Below, in pieces: positions 8,610-16,800 of a DNA stretch of 64,000 nucleotides (position 1 is the first letter of the stretch; the number at the start of each line of letters is the position of its first letter). The translations under genes and the position numbers were made by a program. Source of the stretch: Dehalococcoidia bacterium (GTDB lineage: Bacteria > Chloroflexota > Dehalococcoidia > Lucifugimonadales > GCA-2712585); the NCBI GenBank assembly GCA_965238215.1, contig OZ250180.1, forward strand, positions 2,661,524 to 2,725,523. Reading direction: 5' to 3'. The notes beneath the pieces were generated by a model. That model was not told where the DNA came from. It saw nothing but the letters and a program-made list of their open reading frames with translations, and did not search any database.

Positions 8610-10247
8610 ATGGCGTCCGTTAACGAACCCGGGACAGGCCAAGGTGCTGCCTTGGCCCGTTCAAAGATAACCCGTCGAGCGGGGCCCCACCCCGTCCTAG
8701 TGGGCGCCGCCGCGGTTGTGGCCGTCGCCATTGCCCTGCCCCTTCTCTATCTCTTCATCCGGGGAATCGGCTCCGGCGCGGAGTTCTGGGAGTTGCTCTT
8801 CCGACTTCGCACCCTGCAGATTGTCCTTCGCTCTGCCCTTCTGGTAGCCGCAGTTACGGCGGCCTGCATCCTCATAGCCGTCCCCCTTGCCTGGCTCATT
8901 ACTCGCACGGACCTCCCCTTTCGCAAAGTTTGGGCCGTGCTAACCGCCCTCCCGCTTGTAATACCCAGCTACATCGGGGCATTCCTGGTCATAGTGGCCC
9001 TTGGCCCCAGAGGCATGCTTCAGCGAGCGTTGGAAGGACCCTTCGGCATAGAACGGCTGCCAGAGATCTACGGCTTTCCGGGGGCGATGATAACTCTGAC
9101 ACTTCTCAGTTTCCCCTACGTGCTTCTTCCCGCTCAGGCCGCCCTCTCCCGAATGGACCCCTCCCTGGAGGAGGCCTCTCGCAGCCTTGGGCACTCTGCA
9201 TGGAGCACCTTCCGCCGAATCACCCTGCCCCTCCTCCGGCCCGCAATTGCTTCCGGCGCACTCCTCACCGCCCTCTACACCCTCAGCGACTTCGGGGCAG
9301 TATCCCTCATGCGCTACGAGACCTTCACCTGGGCCATATATCTCCAGTACAACTCTTCGTTGGACAGAGTTTTGGCGGCGGGCCTCTGCCTGGTCCTTGC
9401 CCTTTTTGCCGCCGGCGTCCTTCTGGCGGAGTCCGGAACGCGGACCCGGGCCGCCTACCATCGAAGCTCCTCCGGCGCGCCCCGTCCGGCCCAACCGCTC
9501 CATCTGGGCGCCTGGCGATGGCCCGCCTTGGGTTTCTGTGCCGCCTTAGTGCTGTTCGCCCTGGTTCTGCCCATGTCCGTCCTTGGCTGGTGGGTTGCCC
9601 GGGGCGTCTCCGCCGGAGAGGCCGTTCCGCACCTGTGGAGCGCCGCCGCAAACTCCGTGGTCGTCTCCGCCGTCGCAGTGGCGGTGGTCTTGGCGGCTGC
9701 CCTCCCCGTGGCGCTCCTCTCCGTCCGCTTCCCCAGCCGGGCCAGCGCCCTGTTGGAGCGCGCTTCCCACGTTGGATTCGCCCTCCCTGGCATCGCGGTG
9801 GCCCTCTCCCTGGTCTATTTTGGCTCCCAGTACGCCCCTGTCCTCTACCAGACAACGGCCCTGCTGGTCTTCGCCTACCTGGTCCTCTTCCTGCCCGCCG
9901 GCGTTGGCGCTCTGCGGACCTCCCTGCTCCAGATAAGCCCCCGGTGGGAAGAAGCGGGGCGCAGTCTGGGCAGAGGCCCCCTATCGGTAATTCGCACCAT
10001 AGACCTGCCTCTCATGCGGCCTGGACTGATCGCCGGAGGCAGCCTCACCTTCCTCCTAATCATGAAGGAGCTGCCGGCGACCCTCATCCTTGGACCTGCC
10101 GGATTCAAGACCCTGGCCACGTCCATCTGGTCAGCCTCGTCGGAAGCCTTCTTCACTCAAGCCGCATCCCACGCCCTGGCGCTGATCCTGGTATCATCGG
10201 TGCCCATGGGCCTGATTATCATCAGACAGCATTGGCAGGGACGATGA
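8610..10247 (+). CDS. ABC transporter permease, duplicated (FbpB-like) iron(III) transport permease
   Basis: The 545-aa ORF has about 12 TM helices in two repeated halves, each with an EAA-like loop (LEEASRSLGHSAWSTFRRITLPLLRP; WEEAGRSLGRGPLSVIRTIDLPLMRP). Confidence 0.85.
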   Translation: MASVNEPGTGQGAALARSKITRRAGPHPVLVGAAAVVAVAIALPLLYLFIRGIGSGAEFWELLFRLRTLQIVLRSALLVAAVTAACILIAVPLAWLITRTDLPFRKVWAVLTALPLVIPSYIGAFLVIVALGPRGMLQRALEGPFGIERLPEIYGFPGAMITLTLLSFPYVLLPAQAALSRMDPSLEEASRSLGHSAWSTFRRITLPLLRPAIASGALLTALYTLSDFGAVSLMRYETFTWAIYLQYNSSLDRVLAAGLCLVLALFAAGVLLAESGTRTRAAYHRSSSGAPRPAQPLHLGAWRWPALGFCAALVLFALVLPMSVLGWWVARGVSAGEAVPHLWSAAANSVVVSAVAVAVVLAAALPVALLSVRFPSRASALLERASHVGFALPGIAVALSLVYFGSQYAPVLYQTTALLVFAYLVLFLPAGVGALRTSLLQISPRWEEAGRSLGRGPLSVIRTIDLPLMRPGLIAGGSLTFLLIMKELPATLILGPAGFKTLATSIWSASSEAFFTQAASHALALILVSSVPMGLIIIRQHWQGR

Positions 10248-11335
10248 ACGATACCCTCCTACGCTGCTCAAGTCTTTCCAAGTCCTATGGAGGCATTGCC
10301 GCCGTTAAAGACCTGAGCTTGGAGGTTTCAAAGGGCGAGCTGCTCGTGGTCCTCGGCCCCAGCGGCTGCGGCAAGACCACCACCCTCCGCCTGCTGGCCG
10401 GGTTCGAAACTCCCGACTCCGGGGCCATCGAACTCAGTGGAAGCACCGTAGCCGGCCCGCGGACTTTCATCCCACCGGAGCGGCGCAAGATTGGCATGGT
10501 GTTCCAGGAATACGCCCTCTTTCCCCACCTGACCCTGGAGAAGAACATTGGCTACGGACTTCCTTCCATGCGTCGAGTGGGGTTCTCCAAGGACCCCAAC
10601 CGCCAGATGGAGCAGCTGCGACTGTCCGTCCGGGTGTCGGAAGTCCTGGGATTAGTTGGGATCACCCACCTGTCAAAGCGCATGCCCCACGAACTCTCCG
10701 GCGGCGAGCAGCAGCGTGCGGCCCTTGCCCGGGCCTTGGCCCCTCGCCCCCTTGTACTGCTGATGGACGAACCCTTCTCCAACCTGGACGCCAAGCTCCG
10801 CGAGCAGGTGCGGGAGGACGTGAAGCGCATCCTCTCTCTGACTAAGGTGACGACCCTCCTCGTGACCCACAATCAGGAGGAGGCCCTTACCATGGCCGAC
10901 AGGGTGGCGGTGATGAACCAGGGGCGTCTGGAGCAGGTGGACACGCCCCAGACAGTCTATCAGCGCCCCGCCACGACCTTCGTGGCCAGATTCGTGGGGA
11001 CGGCCGGCTTCCTAGCCGCCACCTTCTCCGAAGGACGTCTTCATACGGCTGCAGGCCCCGTCGAGCGTAAGTCGCCGCCCCGTTACTCGAATGACTTGGA
11101 AGTGATGGCGCGTCCTGAAGACCTGACCTTCGAGCCCAGCGAAGACGGCCAGGGCAGGCTGATATCCTCGGCCTATTACGGAGCGTATACGCTCTACACC
11201 ATCATCATGGACAGCGGCGAGATTGTGTACTGCATGAAGCCGACCCTGGAGTTCTACCCGGAGGGGACAAGCGTACAGGTGCGGTTGACCACGGTGCGGG
11301 AGCTTCCCTGCTACCACCGGGGCCGGCTGGTCTAG
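10244..11335 (+). CDS. ABC transporter ATP-binding protein (FbpC/PotA-like)
   Basis: ATG 10244 overlaps the permease stop (ATGA). Motifs are Walker A GPSGCGKTT, signature LSGGEQQRAALARAL and Walker B LLLMDEP. The track fuses it to an out-of-context 438-codon upstream extension starting at 8930. Confidence 0.9.
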   Translation: MNDTLLRCSSLSKSYGGIAAVKDLSLEVSKGELLVVLGPSGCGKTTTLRLLAGFETPDSGAIELSGSTVAGPRTFIPPERRKIGMVFQEYALFPHLTLEKNIGYGLPSMRRVGFSKDPNRQMEQLRLSVRVSEVLGLVGITHLSKRMPHELSGGEQQRAALARALAPRPLVLLMDEPFSNLDAKLREQVREDVKRILSLTKVTTLLVTHNQEEALTMADRVAVMNQGRLEQVDTPQTVYQRPATTFVARFVGTAGFLAATFSEGRLHTAAGPVERKSPPRYSNDLEVMARPEDLTFEPSEDGQGRLISSAYYGAYTLYTIIMDSGEIVYCMKPTLEFYPEGTSVQVRLTTVRELPCYHRGRLV

Positions 11336-11357
11336 CCCGCCGGATTCCCCACCCTAA

Positions 11358-14300
11358 CTACCGGAATTTCGACTCCAGCCGCTCCATGTCTTCCCTGCTC
11401 AGGTTGAAGTACTTGGCCTGGGGATGATGCATCACGAGGGCGCTCACGGAACCCTCCGGGTCCATCATAGACCCCTCCGTGAGCGAAACCCCAACGGTCT
11501 TCTCCGGCTCCAAAAGCCTCCAAAGCTGCTCCTGGTCCTCAAGCCTGGGGCAAGCGGGATAGCCGAAGGAAAAGCGGCGGCCCCGGTAGTTGGCCTTGAA
11601 CAGGTCCATGTTAGTCAACCCTTCGACGTCCGAGAAGCCCCATGCGGCCCTCAGCCGCTTGTGCAGCAGTTCGGCAAAAGCCTCCGCGCCTTCCAGGGCT
11701 AAGACCTGCATTACGTGGGACGAAAGATAGTCCCCCTTCTCTTGCCATTCGGCGGCCAACTCCCGCACGCCTGGACCGACGGTAGTGACGAAGGCGGCCA
11801 CATAGTCGGGGACGCCGGAAGTCCTGGGCAGTACGTAGTCCGAGAGGCACAGACCGTCGCCGCCTGACTGTCGCCCGAAGCGGAACCGCTCCAACACCCT
11901 GCGACCGTCGCCGGAGAGAATTAGAAGGTCGTCCGCCTCTGAGGCGGCCCGGTAGAACTGGTACACGGCGTTGGCTGTGATGTCCCCCCGCTCAATCATC
12001 ACGTCTTCCACCTGCTGCACCCGCTCTTGAAGCTCCAACGCCTTCACGTCGCCCGCCTCGAGGGCTTCCACGAAACGACCGCGATAACCCAGGTGCCGAA
12101 CGTAGAGCATCACGGGATTCACGTATCGAAAAATCTCCGAAAGGTCGAAGTCCTTCAGCATGTGCCGCCTCAGGTCCGGGGGCGGGGGCGCGGGCGCCGC
12201 TTGCACCGGCACGACGGTTGACCCGGTCGATCGGGGCTTGGTCGCGCGGGGCGTCCGTATTCGTGACGCCTCCTCCTTCTCGATGCTTCGTGTCTCCATG
12301 ACTAGCTCCGACGCCAACCTCTGCCGCTCGTCCGCGTCGGCCAGCCGATGGGCCAAATTGAGGCCGGACATGGCGTCTCGAGCGTATACCACCGCCCCCC
12401 GGTGGCCTGGGGCTATCCGCAAGCGGGTAAACCGGTTCGTCAGGGCTGCGCCACCCACGAGCACCGGACAATCTATGCCTGCCTCGCTGAAGTCCCGCAC
12501 CGTCTCCACCATCATCTGGGCCGACTTGACCAGCAGCCCGGAGAGTCCAATCATGTCTGGCCGGTGCTCCCGGTAGGCCTGTATCAAGTCCTGAGGCGGT
12601 ACCTTGATGCCAAGATTGATGATCCGATAGCCGTTGTTGGAGAGAATAATGTCTACCAAATTCTTGCCGATGTCGTGCACGTCTCCCTTAACCGTGGCCA
12701 GGACAATGGTGCCCCGTGTTGCCGCCTCCCCGCTCTCCATTAGCGGCTCCAGGTACGAGACTGCCGCCTTCATTACCTCTGCCGAGCCTAGCACCTCGGC
12801 GACGATAAGCTGGTTCAGACCGAATAGCCGCCCCACCTCGTTCATCCCGTCCATCAGCGGCCCGTTGATTATCTCCAGGGGAGAACGGCCCGACAGCGCC
12901 TCTTTCAGGTCTCCCTCCAGCCCCTCCTTGATGCCCTCTACTATGGCGGATGAGAGACGTTGATCCAGGGGCATCTTCTTTCGCTCAGATTCGGGCCTCT
13001 GAACCCGCCGCTCCCGGAATCGATCGGCGAAAGCGGCGATGGGGTCCTCGCCGCGCCACCAGATAAGGTCCTCCGCCAGCCGTCGCTCGTCCTCCGGAAT
13101 GGAAGCGTAGCGCACAAGTCCTTCCGTGTTGACGATGGCCATGTCCAGGCCAGCCTGAACGCAGTGGTACAACATCACCGAGTTCAGCACCTCCCGGCCT
13201 GCAGGAGGCAGGCCGAAGGACACGTTGGAGATGCCCAACACCGTCCGTGCCCGAGGCAGATGTTCCTTGATGAGACGAACACCCTCCACCGTCTCCACAC
13301 CGGCGCCCACATAGTTCTTGTCGCCCGTACCGATGGGAAAGACCAGGGGGTCGAAGATGATGTCCTCCGGCGGGATGCCGTACTTCTCCGTCAGGAGCCG
13401 GTAGGAACGCTGGGCGATTTCCAGCTTCCGCACCCGTGTTATAGCCTGGGCCTGCTCCTTGTCGTCATCGATGCACCCCACCACCAGACCCGCCCCAAAG
13501 CTCCGGGCCAGGGGGGTCACCGACTCGAACCGCTCTTCCCCGTCTTCCAGGTTTATAGAGTTGATTATGCTTTTGCCGGGGGTGTGCTTCAGCGCCTCTC
13601 CGAGAACGGCGGTGTCGGTGGAGTCCAGCATAATGGGCGCCTTCACCTTCCGAACCAGGCCCTTGAGGAAGGTCACCACGTCCGTCATCTCATCCCGATC
13701 CGGGTCCTGGAGACAAACGTCAACCACCTGAGCGCCACGGCGCACCTGACGCCGTCCAATCTCCGATGCCTCGTCGAATTTACCCTGGCGGATGAGCCGC
13801 TTAAACCGGCGGCTGCCCAATACGTTAGTACGTTCGCCCACCAACACCGGACGGATGTCCTCGTCGACGGTCAACGCCTCCAAGCCGGAGAAGACCACGG
13901 CTCGATGGCCCGAAGCCCTTCTAGGGGCGGTGTTCGCCACGGCCTCCACCAGCGGCCTCAGGTGTTCCGGCGTCGTTCCGCAGCAACCCCCAAGGACGTT
14001 GACCCAATCTTCCCGCACAAAGGAAAGCAACGTCTGCGAAAATTTCTCCGGCGTCTCGTTGTAGTTGCCGTCCTCGTCCGGCAGGCCGGCGTTGGGAATC
14101 ACCGACACCGGAAACCGAGAGAAGGAAGCCAGAGTGCGAAGGTGGTCCCGCATGAATTCCGGCCCCGTGGAGCAATTCATCCCCACCCACAATAGATTGC
14201 GGTGGCTCACGGAGGAGTAGAAGGCTTCTACGTCCTGCCCTCCCAGGGTGGTCCCCATAGTTTCAATAGTGCACTGGACGGCTACGGGGACTTCCACTCC

Positions 14301-14864
14301 CAGCTTATCAGACAGGTCGTCAATGGCGGCCAGGGCAGCTTTAACGTTCAGCGTGTCTTGGGAAGTCTCCACAAGAAGCAGGTCTGCGCCCCCATCCCAA
14401 AGCCCCGATGCCTGTACGAAGTAGTGCTCCCGAAGCTCGTCCCAAGTGATGCCGCCTGTGACCGAGATCGACCGGGTTGTAGGCCCCATGGATCCGGCGA
14501 CCAGGCGAGGGCGCTCTGGCGTGGAAAATTCATCCACGGCTTGCCGAGCGTTCCGGGCCGCCGCTTCGCTTATTTCCCGCGCCCGGTGGCCCAGGCCGTA
14601 CTCGTCCAGCACCAGGGGCGTGCTGCCGAAGGAATTGGTGATAACGATGTCCACACCCGCTTTCAGGTAGGAGCGGTGGATGTCCTGCACTATCTGCGGA
14701 CGGAGAACGTTCAGGTACTCGTTGCAGCCCTCGTACTCAGGCCCGCCGAAGTCTTCCGCAGAGAGATCCAACGCTTGTATTCTAGTGCCGTTGGCGTCGC
14801 CCGCTATCAGAATTCGCCGCCTCAACAGGTCCATGAGACGCTTCTTATGTTCGGAGGATTTCAC
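11358..14864 (-). CDS. metH: Cobalamin-dependent methionine synthase
   Basis: The 1168-aa ORF has four modules: an Hcy S-methyltransferase domain (GGCCGTTPEH), a pterin-binding domain, a B12-binding domain with DxHxxG (GDVHDIGKN) and a C-terminal AdoMet-activation domain. Confidence 0.95.
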   Translation of the reverse strand: MKSSEHKKRLMDLLRRRILIAGDANGTRIQALDLSAEDFGGPEYEGCNEYLNVLRPQIVQDIHRSYLKAGVDIVITNSFGSTPLVLDEYGLGHRAREISEAAARNARQAVDEFSTPERPRLVAGSMGPTTRSISVTGGITWDELREHYFVQASGLWDGGADLLLVETSQDTLNVKAALAAIDDLSDKLGVEVPVAVQCTIETMGTTLGGQDVEAFYSSVSHRNLLWVGMNCSTGPEFMRDHLRTLASFSRFPVSVIPNAGLPDEDGNYNETPEKFSQTLLSFVREDWVNVLGGCCGTTPEHLRPLVEAVANTAPRRASGHRAVVFSGLEALTVDEDIRPVLVGERTNVLGSRRFKRLIRQGKFDEASEIGRRQVRRGAQVVDVCLQDPDRDEMTDVVTFLKGLVRKVKAPIMLDSTDTAVLGEALKHTPGKSIINSINLEDGEERFESVTPLARSFGAGLVVGCIDDDKEQAQAITRVRKLEIAQRSYRLLTEKYGIPPEDIIFDPLVFPIGTGDKNYVGAGVETVEGVRLIKEHLPRARTVLGISNVSFGLPPAGREVLNSVMLYHCVQAGLDMAIVNTEGLVRYASIPEDERRLAEDLIWWRGEDPIAAFADRFRERRVQRPESERKKMPLDQRLSSAIVEGIKEGLEGDLKEALSGRSPLEIINGPLMDGMNEVGRLFGLNQLIVAEVLGSAEVMKAAVSYLEPLMESGEAATRGTIVLATVKGDVHDIGKNLVDIILSNNGYRIINLGIKVPPQDLIQAYREHRPDMIGLSGLLVKSAQMMVETVRDFSEAGIDCPVLVGGAALTNRFTRLRIAPGHRGAVVYARDAMSGLNLAHRLADADERQRLASELVMETRSIEKEEASRIRTPRATKPRSTGSTVVPVQAAPAPPPPDLRRHMLKDFDLSEIFRYVNPVMLYVRHLGYRGRFVEALEAGDVKALELQERVQQVEDVMIERGDITANAVYQFYRAASEADDLLILSGDGRRVLERFRFGRQSGGDGLCLSDYVLPRTSGVPDYVAAFVTTVGPGVRELAAEWQEKGDYLSSHVMQVLALEGAEAFAELLHKRLRAAWGFSDVEGLTNMDLFKANYRGRRFSFGYPACPRLEDQEQLWRLLEPEKTVGVSLTEGSMMDPEGSVSALVMHHPQAKYFNLSREDMERLESKFR

Positions 14865-15044
14865 CCTTTGTTCCTGTTCTTGAACCCGGCCCTTGTTCCC
14901 GGGGCGGGGGGAATTTGATATTCAGCATCAATAGTAAGGGGAGAATCCAGCAAGGCACAAGGGCAGGCCCCACCTTTAACAAAGACGCGACGATGTGCAA
15001 TAATGGAAACGTAAACAAAAGCTACTATGGGGTTTTGATTCGCT

Positions 15045-15599
15045 ATGCCTAAAAGCTTCTGGATGGTGGTAAAGAGTCCGGGAAACTACGAAATTGCCAA
15101 GAAACGACATTTCGACATGGTGGGGCTCATAGCCCAACACCGGCGCAAGGTTCAACGCATGGCTCCGGGCGACCGGGTGCTGCTATACATCTCCCAGGAT
15201 AGATATTTTGCGGCCTCGGCGTCGGTGACCAAGACCCTGGTCATAGACCATTCGCCCCTGTGGAATGTGGAGGGCGGGAGTGATTTCCCCTACCGCGTGG
15301 GCATACAGCCCGACGTGGTGTTGCACCCGTCCCAGTATATCGACGCCTACCAGATAGCCCCTCGCATGGATTTTACCCGCCGGTGGACCCCTGAATTATG
15401 GTTCCTAGCCTTCCAGGGCAGCCTGCATCTCATCTCCAAGTTCGATTTCAACATGGTGGAAGAGGAGATGAAGAAGCAGAAGCGAACCCGCAGATACCGG
15501 CACGCCGACAAACCGAGGCAAAGACCCGCCCTTGAGGCCACCTGCAAGCTGGAAGACCAGGGACACATGAGCCGCCCACTCAGCCGTGTCGGTTGGTAG
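15045..15599 (+). CDS. EVE/PUA-like (UPF0310-type) domain protein with a basic C-terminal tail
   Basis: The segments FWMVVKSPGNYEIAKKRHFDMVGL...RMAPGDRVLLYISQDRYFAASASVT...FPYRVGIQP resemble archaeal-type stand-alone EVE proteins as I recall them. The last ~45 aa are Lys/Arg-rich. Confidence 0.55.
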   Translation: MPKSFWMVVKSPGNYEIAKKRHFDMVGLIAQHRRKVQRMAPGDRVLLYISQDRYFAASASVTKTLVIDHSPLWNVEGGSDFPYRVGIQPDVVLHPSQYIDAYQIAPRMDFTRRWTPELWFLAFQGSLHLISKFDFNMVEEEMKKQKRTRRYRHADKPRQRPALEATCKLEDQGHMSRPLSRVGW

Positions 15600-15621
15600 A
15601 GGGAGATAGCGGAGGATTTTT

Positions 15622-15774
15622 CTTAGAGGGCGTCTAAAAAGTTGCCGGTGGGGCGAAGCATAAACGTCTGTCAGGCAGAAAGATCCGCCCCTCTAACCCC
15701 AGACCCTTCGGCTCCGCTCAGGGTGACATGGATCCCTTGGGCTGACTAAGGGACTAATTAGACACCCTCTTAGG
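15622..15774. repeat. About 150-bp segment bounded by ~14-16-bp inverted repeats (MITE-like or REP-containing)
   Basis: CTTAGAGGGCGTCTAA (15622..15637) pairs with the reverse complement of TTAGACACCCTCTTAGG (15758..15774). The interior carries the motif GACCCTTCGGCTCCGCTCAGGGTGACATG, which recurs at 16683..16710. Confidence 0.5.
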
Positions 15775-15805
15775 GAATTTTGGGGAAACTCGGAAAACTC
15801 CTACC

Positions 15806-16177
15806 TTACCGTTTCTTGCCTGACAGGTCCCACTTACTACGGAAGAACTCCGCAATGGCCTGCTGGCTTTTTTCCTCTGGACTGAGTTTGTCCCATTCTT
15901 CAAGGAGTCGCAGAGTTTCCTTTCTATGCCTTTCCTCTACTTCTCTTTTGTAAAGGTCATATAACATCGCTACACCTTCGACTATTATCACACTCGTCGC
16001 AATTATGATTATAACAAATGGAGAAAATCCTTTGCCGATAGCAAGAGCCGTTTCTAGGGCGCTATCGGTGGTATTGCCTGCAATCTCTTGATAGATGACC
16101 AAACCCAAACAGCCTAGGAACTGCAGCACGAACAGCAGAATAAACCATTGTGCCCTCGACTTGGGAACAGAAAGCAT
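15806..16177 (-). CDS. Hypothetical small membrane protein (3 predicted TM helices plus a charged helical tail)
   Basis: The 123-aa ORF lies in a lower-G+C stretch. It has hydrophobic helices (WFILLFVLQFLGCLGLVIY; FVIIIIATSVIIVEGVAMLY) followed by KREVEERHRKETLRLLEEWDKLSPEEK. I recognise no family. Confidence 0.4.
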   Translation of the reverse strand: MLSVPKSRAQWFILLFVLQFLGCLGLVIYQEIAGNTTDSALETALAIGKGFSPFVIIIIATSVIIVEGVAMLYDLYKREVEERHRKETLRLLEEWDKLSPEEKSQQAIAEFFRSKWDLSGKKR

Positions 16178-16253
16178 TTGTGCGAAAGTTTAGCACAAAT
16201 GACTTTCGCTAGCTACTAACCGCTCGCAGAAAGCCAGTTTAATCAGACGGAGC

Positions 16254-16511
16254 CTACAGCTCCGCCGACACCGAAACCAAGTCTCCCTCCGTAGCGGCCA
16301 GAATCAGGTTGGCTACTGCCACCGCCGTTTCTCGCGGCATTTTCAATCCCACCTGACGTGGCCGGTCCGTCGCGTGAAAGCTCACCTCCAGCTCCTCGTC
16401 TGTCAGCTTCAAGACCACCCGGTCGAAAAGGGAAGGATGGTCAAAGTTCCGGGAAGATAGGGACCCCTTCTCCTCATACTCTCTTCGCTGAATGCCAACA
16501 ATACTTAGCAT
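16254..16511 (-). CDS. Hypothetical protein
   Basis: The 85-aa ORF has plausible composition but no recognisable motif. Confidence 0.3.
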   Translation of the reverse strand: MLSIVGIQRREYEEKGSLSSRNFDHPSLFDRVVLKLTDEELEVSFHATDRPRQVGLKMPRETAVAVANLILAATEGDLVSVSAEL

Positions 16512-16800
16512 AATCCGTCTCCCTCGCCCAGGTGGTCAGCCCTTTTCGGAAGGTCCTGAGTTTCAACCAAGGTATTAGAGCATGCTGTTTGTGTCAACCG
16601 CACGTTGTCGTTAAGCAGGCCTCTCTGAGCGCAGTGAAGCGGGGTTCAGAGTCAAGGGGTGAGGGAGTGCGTCCAAGGACGAGATCCTTTGCTTCGCTTA
16701 GAATGACATGTCGGGCCGGCGGAATGACGAGGGCGGGAGGTACTGTTTATGGGCTGGTAGTGCTAAAATGGGGACTGAATCACGTCTGGAAAAGGTGCAG

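Noticed and set aside
8930-10243. The 5' 438 codons of the 801-aa track ORF 8930..11335
   Set aside because: It overlaps the well-supported permease gene in another frame. The translation is Pro/Arg/Gly-rich nonsense typical of off-frame high-G+C DNA. The real ATPase begins at ATG 10244, which overlaps the permease stop.
10399-10415. The GGTTCGAAAC string, which resembles a tRNA T-loop
   Set aside because: It lies inside the ABC ATPase coding sequence (LAGFETPDSG) and has no acceptor or anticodon arm around it. No tRNA-like cloverleaf was found in any intergenic spacer.
12960-14195. A 411-aa plus-strand ORF antisense to metH
   Set aside because: It lies entirely inside the 1168-aa metH gene on the opposite strand and has no recognisable motifs. 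Long antisense ORFs are expected in high-G+C coding DNA. The same reasoning applies to 3942..4874, 24210..25172, 27129..27959, 37184..38098, 41700..42684, 47474..48400 and 55293..56006.
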